A DNA stretch of 63,571 nucleotides. It comes from a virus (Duplodnaviria > Caudoviricetes). The notes below the pieces were generated by a model. That model was not told where the DNA came from, made no database searches, and saw only the letters and a program-made list of their open reading frames with translations. Below are positions 37,989 to 48,165 of the stretch, one piece after another. The stretch covers positions 1-63,571 of the IMG/VR virus record IMGVR_UViG_3300025009_000102; one strand, written 5' to 3'. A program made the position numbers and the translations under genes. Within the stretch, counting starts at the first letter, position 1, and each line of letters opens with the position of its first letter.

Positions 37989-40985
37989 TTACCTCGTGCT
38001 TCGTGTCATGTAATACTGTAAGAGTACGCCATGAAAAGTCAATTCAGCATCGTACTCACTACTACCAGCCAACTTGTATCCAATATTACTCGATAGCCCC
38101 ATGGTTGGGAACTTCTCAGGTGAAAGGCTCTGGCCATCCCAGTAAAAATTTCCCCAGTAGAAATCTCCCCAAAAGACTTCATCCAGGGTAATTTCCCTGG
38201 TGACAAGAGACGGTTGGGGCGTATTCCTGGACTCAAACTCAAGGGAGAACCCAAGCTGGAACGAGGCATACCCATCGGCCTTAGCATCCAACTGGCTGAT
38301 CATGAATCTCTTGAGATATGTCGGGCTTCCAAGGTGATCGTGAGCTGTATAGAAAAACCACGATTTCGGATCTCCATCGAAGCTTGTGCCGCTGAATAAC
38401 TCGTAGACATAGCCGTCATCAGTGCCGAACATGATCGCCTCGCCTCCGTTACTGTACTCCCCGGAACAGATACACGTAACCCTATGGTTCAGCTCCTGCT
38501 CCATCGCCGCACGCAATTTTCCGCCAACCATGGTGCAGAACATCGCTGTTTTGTCGTTAAAGAAGAGCATGTAAAGGTTTTTCTCCCTGCTGACGGCGCT
38601 GGCGACGATCTGTGTCTTTTTCGAATCGATGTACGAATCGAATAAGATTGACATCGTGGAGTCTGCAAAGTTACCGAACGCCTGGGACGCAGAAAGTTTT
38701 GTGATTCCACGATGATCGACGAACACAGTTTCGCCTATACGTTGCGGCGTCCATTCGATAGCACCGAGTTTCTGGTTGAAAGGAACCAGGTTCCAGTCGG
38801 TGATATTGGAACCATATAGAATCGACACCTCCCTGGCGGAGAAAATCGCCATTGCCGCATTGCCCTCACTACCAACCTGCGGAATAAATCCGGTAATAAC
38901 ATCGCCGAGGCCTATTTCCCCTGACCCCAAAACCAAGGTCCATTCATATGGCAGACCAGGCTGGGAGTGTTGGGCAGACCCGAGGAATGAGAAGAACAGT
39001 TGCTGTTTATGGATCTCTACGTGCGTCGGGTAAGCCGTGGTGATCCCCGTTTCTATTGGAACGTAATTGATCCCGTCAAACTCAAACCCATCATTCCTAC
39101 CGTCACACCCATACATTTTCTCGGTGTCGGCAGATCCGGTAAAGTTGCCGTTGACAAATTCGTATCTACCGCCAACGTTGGGGATGGTGATCGCCGATGA
39201 ATCGCCAGTTATTGTGGCGGCGTTCAGATTAGAGCCAACCCTGATTGTTTCCGCCTGGAATGATCCAGTTTGGGCCTGGAATACAAGGAAGCCTGCTGCA
39301 GTTCCGCCTACCCATGACCCGGTGTTTTTGACAACCCTACCGACCACCGCCGTTGCCCCGGAGATCTCACCAACAACGATATCACCATCTTGGATCTGAT
39401 ACGTCCCGCCAGAGGTAAAATTCAGACGGCTACCAAGTGGAACCTGCGTCCATCCGCCGGTTAGTGACTTGTACATCCGCACCCCGCTTTCGCCGGATGT
39501 CATTGCCCTATTCCCCACCCCGGTACTAGCGACGGCACATAGGACTCCAGCCCCGCTGGTTACACCAAACCAACCGTTGTCTGCTGCTGACGCCTGCGTT
39601 GTCCAGGTGATTCCATCGGGTGATGTCATTACTCGATTACCAGTACCATTGCTCGATACGGCGCAGAATAGGTTCAATTCAGACGACCAGCATACACCAT
39701 ACCACCAGTTGTCTACTGCTGACGCCTGCGTTGTCCAGGTGATTCCATCTGGGGATGTCATGACTCGATCACCAGTACCACTTGGACCAACCGCACAAAA
39801 TAACCCAAGCTCTGGCGACCAGCAAACGGCAACCCAGAAATTATCTGCTGCTGATGTCCTGGTGGTCCAGTTGATTCCATCGGAGGAGGTCATTACACGA
39901 GTACCGGTGCCGCTCGCCGCTACGGCGCAAAACAGCCCGAGACTGGAGGACCATGTCACGGAATACCACTGGTTGTAGATAGATGGAGTCCTACCGGTCC
40001 AGGTGACACCATCTGGAGAGGTTGCCACGGTATTTCCAGTTGAATCCCTGGCAACAGCGCAGAATAACCCAAGTTCAGGTGACCAACAAACTGATTGCCA
40101 TAACTTATCCTCGGTAGTCCTTGCGGTCCAGACAATACCATCAGGTGAGGTCATCGCCCTATTCAGCGTTCCACTACTGGCAAAAGCGCAGAACAACCCA
40201 AGTTCAGGCGACCAACACACTGATCGCCATTGGTTACCAGCCGCTGACTCCCTAATCGTCCAGGTAATACCATCGGGCGATGTCATTACCCGATCATCAA
40301 CCCCACCGCTACTCGACACAGCACAGAATAAACCGAGTTCTGGCGACCAACATACTGCAGACCATGAGTTGTCCACTGGAGTTGTTCTGATAGACCATAT
40401 ACTTCCACCGTCAGTAGAGAAGACATCGCGAAAGCTGTACCAGTCATCCTTGTACAGCCATATTCCGAGGACAGCCCCAGACCCAACGGGTGGCGCTATA
40501 TCACCACGATACTCGTTCGCGGCAAGGTGCTTATACTGTGCGTCAAGTAGCCTGGTCAGCGCCGACAGCGGCGATGGGATGGCGGTCATCGTGGCCTGCT
40601 GAACACCGGCAACCATAACCTCACCGCCATGGACATTCCAGGTTCCGGTTAATTTTGTCAGCACCAGGTATGTGGTCATGTTCGCTATAACAACGGCAGA
40701 ACCGCTTGCGTCAAGATCTGTGACCGTGTCGCCGACTGCTATAGCACCTGTGAGAGTGATATTTAGGGTATAGTAAACCGCACTGCTCGGCTTTGGTTTT
40801 CCGCTAAATCGTTCGTATCCGCCAATAACCCGGTAACCGCCATTAATCCGCTGATAAACGTTTTTTGATTCCCGGACAGTACCGGAGGCCACTTCATATT
40901 TACCGGTTTCAGTATCAAGGCCACCCTCGAACTTGATGTACTTGGTATCAACCCTTGGCGAGCCGCCACCTTTTGCCCTAGCCAT
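37989..40985 (-). CDS. Tail tubular B / nozzle-like protein with inserted 7-repeat beta-propeller
   Basis: F.GGLD N-terminus, position after the adaptor; WSPELGLFCAV repeats at a period of about 44 aa. Confidence 0.75.
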   Translation of the reverse strand: MARAKGGGSPRVDTKYIKFEGGLDTETGKYEVASGTVRESKNVYQRINGGYRVIGGYERFSGKPKPSSAVYYTLNITLTGAIAVGDTVTDLDASGSAVVIANMTTYLVLTKLTGTWNVHGGEVMVAGVQQATMTAIPSPLSALTRLLDAQYKHLAANEYRGDIAPPVGSGAVLGIWLYKDDWYSFRDVFSTDGGSIWSIRTTPVDNSWSAVCWSPELGLFCAVSSSGGVDDRVMTSPDGITWTIRESAAGNQWRSVCWSPELGLFCAFASSGTLNRAMTSPDGIVWTARTTEDKLWQSVCWSPELGLFCAVARDSTGNTVATSPDGVTWTGRTPSIYNQWYSVTWSSSLGLFCAVAASGTGTRVMTSSDGINWTTRTSAADNFWVAVCWSPELGLFCAVGPSGTGDRVMTSPDGITWTTQASAVDNWWYGVCWSSELNLFCAVSSNGTGNRVMTSPDGITWTTQASAADNGWFGVTSGAGVLCAVASTGVGNRAMTSGESGVRMYKSLTGGWTQVPLGSRLNFTSGGTYQIQDGDIVVGEISGATAVVGRVVKNTGSWVGGTAAGFLVFQAQTGSFQAETIRVGSNLNAATITGDSSAITIPNVGGRYEFVNGNFTGSADTEKMYGCDGRNDGFEFDGINYVPIETGITTAYPTHVEIHKQQLFFSFLGSAQHSQPGLPYEWTLVLGSGEIGLGDVITGFIPQVGSEGNAAMAIFSAREVSILYGSNITDWNLVPFNQKLGAIEWTPQRIGETVFVDHRGITKLSASQAFGNFADSTMSILFDSYIDSKKTQIVASAVSREKNLYMLFFNDKTAMFCTMVGGKLRAAMEQELNHRVTCICSGEYSNGGEAIMFGTDDGYVYELFSGTSFDGDPKSWFFYTAHDHLGSPTYLKRFMISQLDAKADGYASFQLGFSLEFESRNTPQPSLVTREITLDEVFWGDFYWGNFYWDGQSLSPEKFPTMGLSSNIGYKLAGSSEYDAELTFHGVLLQYYMTRSTR

Positions 40986-41659
40986 TATGCGAGAGGATTG
41001 CCCCACTTCATCCGGGGCAGATATTTCTTTTCGAGTTTTCTGAGATAGCCACGGAATTCACGCATACCGAGCGCCAGCTTATCACCCTCGGCATACTCCA
41101 CCCCATAGTACTGCAGTGCCTTCCAGAGGACGGCCAGGTGAAGATCTTCATGCCATACAGGTTCATGGGCATCGTCGGTCATCTCGTAGTTCTTTGCCCA
41201 GTATTCGCCCTTCACTGTGTAGATCTGATCCGGGATCGGGTAGAACACCACCGTATCATCTGGCTTTGTCGAGAAGACAAAGGGCCTGCCGGTCTGGGTA
41301 AGGTGCGTTCCAAGCTGATAGTTCAGCCTGAAGTCGTCCCATTCCATGTAATCGAGAATGCCTTCGTCTGCAGCGTTCAGGTAGATCCGCCAGTCCTTCA
41401 CATTCCATTCACCGAACAGCGTACTGACACCGAGGTCATTAGCGCTATATGAAGGATCGCCAACGGTGAGCGCCTTGCTGAACTCCTGGTGTAAGAACTG
41501 CCATGTCCTGTGGAGGCTCTGGATATAGCTGTAGGCTTCATCAATCCACTCGACCAGCTGCAAGAACATTCCCGTCTGGCCGATGGTCGTGGTCGGACCA
41601 GCAAAATCCATGCCAGTTTTACGGGAAAGTTTCTGGCACAACTCAAGTCGAGTGGTCAT
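40985..41659 (-). CDS. Head-tail adaptor (tail tubular A-like)
   Basis: LEL...W.FL...GRP..F...FYPIPD..Y...Y. Confidence 0.75.
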   Translation of the reverse strand: MTTRLELCQKLSRKTGMDFAGPTTTIGQTGMFLQLVEWIDEAYSYIQSLHRTWQFLHQEFSKALTVGDPSYSANDLGVSTLFGEWNVKDWRIYLNAADEGILDYMEWDDFRLNYQLGTHLTQTGRPFVFSTKPDDTVVFYPIPDQIYTVKGEYWAKNYEMTDDAHEPVWHEDLHLAVLWKALQYYGVEYAEGDKLALGMREFRGYLRKLEKKYLPRMKWGNPLA

Positions 41660-41662
41660 GAT

Positions 41663-42112
41663 TTACGCCTTCTGCTGAAGGATACCTTCGAGCCATGCCG
41701 CGCCGTTCGGGTTCGGGTCATGGATTACCGTGAACGGATACGACTGCCTGGTGGTTGGCACCATTACCAGCGAGGACGGATCAAACGGATCTTCCTTGCG
41801 CTGATCAAATGAGGTGAACACCGAGCGGGCCAGGGCCTCGACATACTTGCGCCTAACCTTCTGTTTGGCACCGCGAAGGATAGGCTGTCGTTTCTGGTTA
41901 ACGGTCGGCGAAATAATTCTGAGGGCACCATCGCGGTTGTCTTCGAACACCATGATAACCAGGATCTCGTTCATGAACTTTTCCAGCTCAACCGCATCCT
42001 TGATTTCAAAGCCACGTTCGATCTCGACAACTTCGCCGCCAGTTCCTAACTCCGGAATACTGATCGGCCTACCTTGCTCGTGCCGCATTACATCGATCTC
42101 TTTCCTTGCCAT
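41663..42112 (-). CDS. Conserved head-module protein
   Basis: FMNE.L...VN....I.RG..Q.V.RKYVEALAR...YPF.V..DPNP.G..WL. Confidence 0.75.
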   Translation of the reverse strand: MARKEIDVMRHEQGRPISIPELGTGGEVVEIERGFEIKDAVELEKFMNEILVIMVFEDNRDGALRIISPTVNQKRQPILRGAKQKVRRKYVEALARSVFTSFDQRKEDPFDPSSLVMVPTTRQSYPFTVIHDPNPNGAAWLEGILQQKA

Positions 42113-42125
42113 TTCTGTCTCCTAA

Positions 42126-42228
42126 ATGACTTTCCCGGTGGTGCGCCCGCAGGAACCTTTACTCGCCGTGGTGTCCCACAGTTTTCCCCGGCGAAACCCA
42201 CATTTCGTTAGGCGTCCGGGAAAGTCAT
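42126..42228 (-). other. Structured intergenic RNA element closed by a 13-bp perfect stem
   Basis: ATGACTTTCCCGG...CCGGGAAAGTCAT with inner TCGCCG/CGGCGA helix. Confidence 0.6.
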
Positions 42229-42247
42229 ACTATAGTTATGATTCCGA

Positions 42248-42730
42248 TTACGAAGTCAAACCCTCGATGGGCACACCGAGGCAGATATTGTAATAGGTTT
42301 CAGTGATACCGGCTGCGTCGAGGGCAGTGGTTCCAGCGGTGAACGTGGTGGCTGCAGCGGTTTCGATCTTCACTGCACCAATCGGGCACTGAGTATCGTC
42401 ACTCGGCATCGGCCATTCAAGCACATCGTTACCTGCGGTCAGATCTGCGGTAAGAACCTCGCGCCCTTTTACGGACGATACGGTTCCAGCGGCATTGATC
42501 TGGATGAGGTACAGGCACTTAGTGAGAGCTGCCTGCGCATCTGCGGCGGTAAGCGGCAGTACGGTTGCTGCGTCGGCCTTGTGATAGGCGAGTCCCTTAA
42601 TGCAGTAATCGATACCTGCGCCGTTCGGTGCAACGATTGCGGGTCCGGTTTTTGCACCGTCACCAATTGCGAGTCCAGCCCTTGAGAGGCATGCAGTCCC
42701 ATTGCGGGGATCGTCAGATAAGTTGTTCAT
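42248..42730 (-). CDS. Putative capsid decoration protein (paralog B)
   Basis: AGLAI..GAK and GTTALDAA shared with the upstream gene. Confidence 0.7.
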   Translation of the reverse strand: MNNLSDDPRNGTACLSRAGLAIGDGAKTGPAIVAPNGAGIDYCIKGLAYHKADAATVLPLTAADAQAALTKCLYLIQINAAGTVSSVKGREVLTADLTAGNDVLEWPMPSDDTQCPIGAVKIETAAATTFTAGTTALDAAGITETYYNICLGVPIEGLTS

Positions 42731-42756
42731 TTGATTCTTCTCCTGAATCTAAAGGA

Positions 42757-43329
42757 TTACGCCTCCAGGGTTGCGCTGGCCGTAGCGGCCTTGTCTTCCC
42801 CGGTGAGACTGAAATACACATCGGTTGCAGTGGCTGCGTCGAGTGCGGTGGTTCCGCCGACGAAAGCAGCACCAGCGGTCGACACGATCAGGTAGCCGAT
42901 AACAGCTTTCCCGGTCGGTCTGGCGATGGCAACCAGGTCAGCTGCAGCCAAAGCCACACTTGCCCGGTCGGTCGTCTTGGCGCTGGTCGTAATAGTACCG
43001 GCGCTGTCGATATAGAACGCCCACCCTGCGGTGGAGCCATCGGCGATAGTACCGACAAGAGCCGACATATCGCCAGCCGCCTTATATCCCACGGTTCCGC
43101 CAGCGATATAGAAGAAAGCATTGACAGCCTGCGCGGTCAGCTTCGCTCCACCGGCAATCGCAAGTCCAGCGCTGGTGATCAGGTGGTTATTCTGCAGCGT
43201 TGCTACAGAGGTGGAGTCGGTGAGCAGAGCGCTGATATCGGTGTAAAGCGCTTCAAAGAGTTTCCGAAGCGCAAAACCATCCGTATGGTTGCTCAGGCCC
43301 GACAGCCATTTCTTAATACTTTGAGACAT
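42757..43329 (-). CDS. Putative capsid decoration protein (paralog A)
   Basis: Ala/Thr-rich, directly after the MCP. Confidence 0.7.
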   Translation of the reverse strand: MSQSIKKWLSGLSNHTDGFALRKLFEALYTDISALLTDSTSVATLQNNHLITSAGLAIAGGAKLTAQAVNAFFYIAGGTVGYKAAGDMSALVGTIADGSTAGWAFYIDSAGTITTSAKTTDRASVALAAADLVAIARPTGKAVIGYLIVSTAGAAFVGGTTALDAATATDVYFSLTGEDKAATASATLEA

Positions 43330-43360
43330 TTTCTTAACTCCCTGTTATAATCTCAAGTTT

Positions 43361-43384
43361 GGGCGACCCCCGGAGGAGCCGCCC
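43361..43384 (-). other. GC-rich hairpin after the major capsid gene
   Basis: GGGCGGCTCC-TCCG-GGGGTCGCCC on the - strand; no U-tract. Confidence 0.5.
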
Positions 43385-43403
43385 GCCACTCACCTGTTAA
43401 TTA

Positions 43404-44444
43404 TCAGGGAGTAAGGTCAGTTGCGCCACACTCGAAGCGGACGAACCAGTTCTCGTTGGCCCGGAACGGGGCATACCAGAAGTCAGCGCCGACATATCCG
43501 AAAGTACCGGACGGGTTGGCGTGAGACTTTTGGGAAGGCGGCAGGTAGGTCGGCGAGATCGAAGTCTTGCCATGACCCTTGAGGGATACGTGCCCCCATG
43601 CCTCCTCCGCGATGATCAGCATCGTGTAAACATCTACAGCTGCAGATCCAGCGGACTCCATGCCATTGAGCGTTGCAGAGCCAGCGGCCAGGAGAGGAGT
43701 GAGCAGGGACGAAGATACGAACCTGAATTCCTCACATGCGCCAAACTCACGCTCGTGAACCGGGGTGATCGCGGTTCCGTAATTGATCCGGTCGACGAAA
43801 TGCGGGAGATCCCGGATGTCGCTGGAGCAATCGGTATGCGCGAAGACGATGAAGCAGGGAGCTACACCTGCGGTTCCGAAGTCGGGTCCAGGCTTAATGG
43901 ACGAGGTGACCTTTTTGCCACGGTTGGTTTCCAGGGTCCGAACGCACTGACGAAGTTTCGGCAGGGTGACGGCGGTATTGATACCGGCCCTGGTGGAGCC
44001 GTTCGCATAGACGACGGTGGTTCCGGCGCGGAATTCGCCGAAGTCGATCATCTCGCAGACCTCGCCAAGGGTTTCCCCAGTCAGCTTCTTCATGTCGCCG
44101 GGGATGTCATCCTCGTACATGAGAGCGGCCTTGCTGGTCAGCTTGAAGAGTACGGCGTACTGCTTCAGGGTAACCGATACGTCGGTGTAGCTGATCGTCT
44201 GGGCAGGCGGAACAGCACCCTCTGCGAGCAGGAAGCTCGAAGCGGTGATGGTGGCGATGCCGTTGGAAGCCATGTTGTAAGGGTCAACCCGACGGAAGAC
44301 GATGGTATCGGTCTTGTTGAGGGGTTGTTCTTTCTGCATCCCGAAAGATCCGAGGATCATGTAGGGTTCTGCATGCTTGAGCATTTCGAGTTCGGCTCGA
44401 ATCAGGTTCCTGGAGGGAACAAGTGAATAGGTTTGAGAAGCCAT
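43404..44444 (-). CDS. Major capsid protein (N4-gp56 family)
   Basis: MLKHAEP..IL..FG...DTIVFRR..P; L.EG..P; HTD...DIRDL..F; E.G....RF; P.G..GYVG. Confidence 0.9.
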   Translation of the reverse strand: MASQTYSLVPSRNLIRAELEMLKHAEPYMILGSFGMQKEQPLNKTDTIVFRRVDPYNMASNGIATITASSFLLAEGAVPPAQTISYTDVSVTLKQYAVLFKLTSKAALMYEDDIPGDMKKLTGETLGEVCEMIDFGEFRAGTTVVYANGSTRAGINTAVTLPKLRQCVRTLETNRGKKVTSSIKPGPDFGTAGVAPCFIVFAHTDCSSDIRDLPHFVDRINYGTAITPVHEREFGACEEFRFVSSSLLTPLLAAGSATLNGMESAGSAAVDVYTMLIIAEEAWGHVSLKGHGKTSISPTYLPPSQKSHANPSGTFGYVGADFWYAPFRANENWFVRFECGATDLTP

Positions 44445-44446
44445 TT

Positions 44447-45340
44447 TTATTTACCCCAAATTTGTTTCGCGTAGTGCTTGCGGAGTTCGTTCTCGTTCAT
44501 ATCCGCTTCGCTTTTCGCTTTTAATGTTTTTGCACCGCCCTTGTGGTCGGACGCCGACACTCTCAGCCGTTCCTGTCTTTCTGCGATAATATCCTGCGCG
44601 GTGTCCTCTTCGGTTACAGCGGGCTTCTTACTATCCAGATAAGAATCGATCAGGCTGATACTGTCCATAGCATCCCATGACCCGTACTTCTCTTGGGTTT
44701 CCGGTGTTTGCGTCTTGAGCCAGGGCATAAACTCCGGTTCGTTGACAATTTGCACATGGTTCGGGTGCTTGAATCTGAGCAGCTTCAATTCAAATCCGAG
44801 CTGCTGACGAGTGAGTTTCTCGTCGAAGTCGGTCTGAAGCTCACCCCGTACCTTCTCCACCATGTCCGCCGGTATACCGGCACCCGTCGAAAGACGAGCG
44901 GCGATGTGGGCGTCGATGGCTTCGGCGTGATTCGGGAAGTCTTCCTTGAATGCCAGCCAGTTCTTGTCACTCTCCAGTGCCTTGTCAATTTCCTCTTTAG
45001 TTGGTGCGGGCTTGGCCGTAACCTTATTCAGGTCACGCAGCCTATTGTCGATCCCTCCAACTCGGTTTTCCGCCTGCTTGAGGCGCTGATCGATCCGGTC
45101 GAGGTTCCCCAGGCGACCACTGATTCCGTCGAGCGCTTCGCGGATTACCGTTGGTACTCCTTCCCACGGGTCGACTTTCTCTGCTGCCTTTTCGTCCTTC
45201 GCCTCTTCCTTGGTTATCGTTGGCTCACCGGCGGACGCATCCACGTGCGGCGGTTCTCCACCTTCCCAGATCTCATTTTGAAGCTCCTGACGAATACTTG
45301 CCTCTTCCTTCTCTGCTGCTGCCATCTCTTCAGGCGTCAT
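44447..45340 (-). CDS. Scaffolding protein
   Basis: Acidic, helical, between portal and MCP. Confidence 0.7.
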   Translation of the reverse strand: MTPEEMAAAEKEEASIRQELQNEIWEGGEPPHVDASAGEPTITKEEAKDEKAAEKVDPWEGVPTVIREALDGISGRLGNLDRIDQRLKQAENRVGGIDNRLRDLNKVTAKPAPTKEEIDKALESDKNWLAFKEDFPNHAEAIDAHIAARLSTGAGIPADMVEKVRGELQTDFDEKLTRQQLGFELKLLRFKHPNHVQIVNEPEFMPWLKTQTPETQEKYGSWDAMDSISLIDSYLDSKKPAVTEEDTAQDIIAERQERLRVSASDHKGGAKTLKAKSEADMNENELRKHYAKQIWGK

Positions 45341-45342
45341 AA

Positions 45343-45609
45343 TTAATACTCCAGCCCCAGCGTGTCATGGTGGGTCTTCTGCGGGCGCGGTTTCGCGGCC
45401 TTGTTCATAATTTCGGGCATTGTAAGTGCCCTCTTGATCAATCTGATCTCACCCCTTATGGCGGCGGTTTCATCGGCGCTCAGGTTGGTGTTATCGTTAC
45501 GCTTCCTTGCATCGATCAGGGCGGCAAGAAGCCACTCCCTGACGGCGACCCAAGTTTGCGACTCTTCCCGGAAGTGCGGGGCAATACTGCCAATGATGTC
45601 CATTTTCAT
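45343..45609 (-). CDS. Small head-module protein
   Basis: W...R..ND...TA.IRGEI..IK motif, downstream of portal. Confidence 0.7.
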   Translation of the reverse strand: MKMDIIGSIAPHFREESQTWVAVREWLLAALIDARKRNDNTNLSADETAAIRGEIRLIKRALTMPEIMNKAAKPRPQKTHHDTLGLEY

Positions 45610-47993
45610 CTCGGATAACTCTCCCCGACAGGCGCTCTACCGGCAGGCTCGACTGCAGGCTTAGATACTTCGGGCACTGCCGTCTTGGTGTCTTCCCGGA
45701 TCTCGTTGTGCTTCTGCATGGCCCATTGCATATTCATCGACTCTGCGCTCATAGCCAGCTGCGCTTTCAGCTTCGAGATCTCGATATCTTTCTTCTCTGA
45801 GTACTCCATCATCTTGATCTGGAAGTCGTATTCTTTCATCTTGGCCTGATGCTCACGGTCCAGCTGGGCCTGCTCGGCCTTGAACTGCTGCTCTTGCCGT
45901 GAGGCCTCTTGACGCATCATCTCTTTCTGCATCTCGCCATCGATCTTGACCTTGGCCACTTCCATCTCGGCTGAAGCCTTCTGTTGCTCGGCGTTCGGCG
46001 GCTGGCCTTCTTGTCCTTCCTGGCCGGGTTGCTTCGGCTCTTCGTCCTTCAGGATGTCCAGGTGACTCGATGAGTAGAACAGCTCGATAGCCTTGTCCCA
46101 GTCGGTCTTGCGCTGGATATCCGGATCAGTCGGTTTGAGAGCGAAGATCTGCAGGAGCTGTGCCCGCATCTGGTCCTTCTCGTACAGTACGCTTGCGCCC
46201 CTTGGGTCAACATCCAGATCCTCTTTGATCGAGTCGTCCAGGTGATACTGCATCTCATAATCATACCAGCGGCGAAGGTGCGGGGTGGTGATCGTGTCAT
46301 CCCACCTCTTCAGCTTGCTGCGAAACGTGACATTCGAGGAGTCGACAACTATGTTCGTTGCACCCAGAGTGTCCGGGGTTTCCTTCATCTCGCCCTGAAA
46401 AATCGTTGGAGTTGCGGTCATCAGGTCAATGAACTTCAGGGTCAGTTCGAGGATCGCCTGCAGTGGGGCCTGGTTGTTCTCCAGCTGGACCTGAGTAATA
46501 GCCTTACGGATATCATCGATCTGCGTCTCGCCATCCCACTTCCACAGCTTCTTGCCGGTAACCTCCCAGATATCGTCTTCAGGCTCCAGTCCCATGATCG
46601 CCAGGTTACCACCAGAGCTATCACCGGCGTTGTCCATCATCTGACGCCAGACAGCATTGATTATCCGCTGTGCCCACATGATCTTGATAGGCTCGCCTGC
46701 TCCCCACGGGATGTCGGCAATGCTCGACCAGGTAAAGAAGTCATATGGGTGATCGCCAGTATCAAGCAGGTTCAGCGTGACCTTAACCGGTCTGTCGTTT
46801 ATGAAGACGACTCTTGCCGAAACAGGCTTATCGTTCGGGCAGTCGCACCCCAAGATCCTCATGTACTCAGGCTTGACCTCTCCGTTGTACTCCCACAGCT
46901 CATAGACCTCGCCCATACTGGCGTTATCTATGTTAATTCTCATCAGGTTGCCACGCTCGTCAACAGCCACATTGAGGCGTTTCGGCTCTTCCTGCAGCAC
47001 CATTTCCAGCTGTTCGCTCTTATAGCCGGGAAGGCCTATCAGCCTCTGCACATCCCTCGGCCTGATCGTATCCTTCTCCCAGATCCCTGACGCCTTCGCG
47101 ACATCCTGGCCACAGTCGGCTGTCGGGTACACGTTCCACGGAGACACGGATACACTGATCGGCTTCTGGTCCTCCTGGAAGTGCAGCACTCGTACTGGTA
47201 CGGTTTTGCCTGGCTTAGTCGGATCTTTTGAGACAGACTTCTTCCAGACCTTTTTCAGCTTCCTGCTATTGCACGGCCCCTTGAGGATGCCGGTGCCAAG
47301 CTGGACGGCGTTCTCAATAACCTTCCGCTCTTCACTATTGAAGTTGCATTCACACAGGGCATCGTGAACAACCCGCTCCATACCAGCCATAGCCTTCTCG
47401 GCCTTGGCCCGGAGGTGTCGGCCTACCTGGTCCATGGTTGCCGGTTCTTCTTTACCGGGTAGCATCACGGGCTTACCATTCGGACCCATCGCGGTCCTGG
47501 TGTCGCCCTCCATCTTCAGGATGTCGACATTCGGGGTGATCTTGAATGCCCAGTTTTTTGATCTGACGGGCAGGAGAATATCCTCAAACCGCCCGACAGA
47601 CACTTCACACCGGCCACGTATCAGATTCATCACGACACGTGACCGCTTAACCTTGCTGTTATCAACTATCGGCGCATTACCCGACGCACGGTCGATCATC
47701 GACGGAGCCAATTCGAGATCCGACGAATAATCCAACGACTCTTCACATAACCGCCACCATTTTTCGATTCCACTCTGTGCCCGGAACTGAACGGCCTCGG
47801 TTCTGCTCTTGAGGATAGATTCGGCAACTAGAAGGAGGTCCGCCCTGATCGCCTCCATCTCTTCTTCCGACGGACTTTCGTCATCAAGTTCGATCATCGA
47901 ATCGTCAACCGGTACATCCTCGCTCACGGCGAGAAGTCCATCTGCAGGTTCGATTGCGGAAAAGTCTTGTTCTTCCTCGTATTTATTGGCCAT
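45606..47993 (-). CDS. Portal protein
   Basis: 795 aa; LGTGILKGP, VSPWNVYP, WG.G...Q..IN..WR.MMDN; Q/E-rich C-terminal barrel. Confidence 0.9.
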   Translation of the reverse strand: MANKYEEEQDFSAIEPADGLLAVSEDVPVDDSMIELDDESPSEEEMEAIRADLLLVAESILKSRTEAVQFRAQSGIEKWWRLCEESLDYSSDLELAPSMIDRASGNAPIVDNSKVKRSRVVMNLIRGRCEVSVGRFEDILLPVRSKNWAFKITPNVDILKMEGDTRTAMGPNGKPVMLPGKEEPATMDQVGRHLRAKAEKAMAGMERVVHDALCECNFNSEERKVIENAVQLGTGILKGPCNSRKLKKVWKKSVSKDPTKPGKTVPVRVLHFQEDQKPISVSVSPWNVYPTADCGQDVAKASGIWEKDTIRPRDVQRLIGLPGYKSEQLEMVLQEEPKRLNVAVDERGNLMRINIDNASMGEVYELWEYNGEVKPEYMRILGCDCPNDKPVSARVVFINDRPVKVTLNLLDTGDHPYDFFTWSSIADIPWGAGEPIKIMWAQRIINAVWRQMMDNAGDSSGGNLAIMGLEPEDDIWEVTGKKLWKWDGETQIDDIRKAITQVQLENNQAPLQAILELTLKFIDLMTATPTIFQGEMKETPDTLGATNIVVDSSNVTFRSKLKRWDDTITTPHLRRWYDYEMQYHLDDSIKEDLDVDPRGASVLYEKDQMRAQLLQIFALKPTDPDIQRKTDWDKAIELFYSSSHLDILKDEEPKQPGQEGQEGQPPNAEQQKASAEMEVAKVKIDGEMQKEMMRQEASRQEQQFKAEQAQLDREHQAKMKEYDFQIKMMEYSEKKDIEISKLKAQLAMSAESMNMQWAMQKHNEIREDTKTAVPEVSKPAVEPAGRAPVGESYPR

Positions 47994-48054
47994 ATTATCC
48001 CGGTACGATTATTGCTATTGCACACTCCGTGCCATTGTAACAAAAATTATAAAC

Positions 48055-48124
48055 ACCATACCGAAACACCGCAAGATGTCAAGCTAAAATATGCGTTGAT
48101 TTTATTTTACGATAGTGGTATATT
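48055..48124. promoter_or_regulatory. Divergent promoters between the portal operon and a small + cassette
   Basis: - strand TTGACA-16-TATGGT; + strand TTGATT-17-TATATT. Confidence 0.55.
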
Positions 48125-48165
48125 AAGCCCAGGAGCCGGGGAGTCCATTCAACAGGGAGGAAACC

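Noticed and set aside
39490-40420. CRISPR-like array
   Set aside because: The repeats are in-frame degenerate protein repeats with a period of about 132 bp, not identical repeats with unique spacers.
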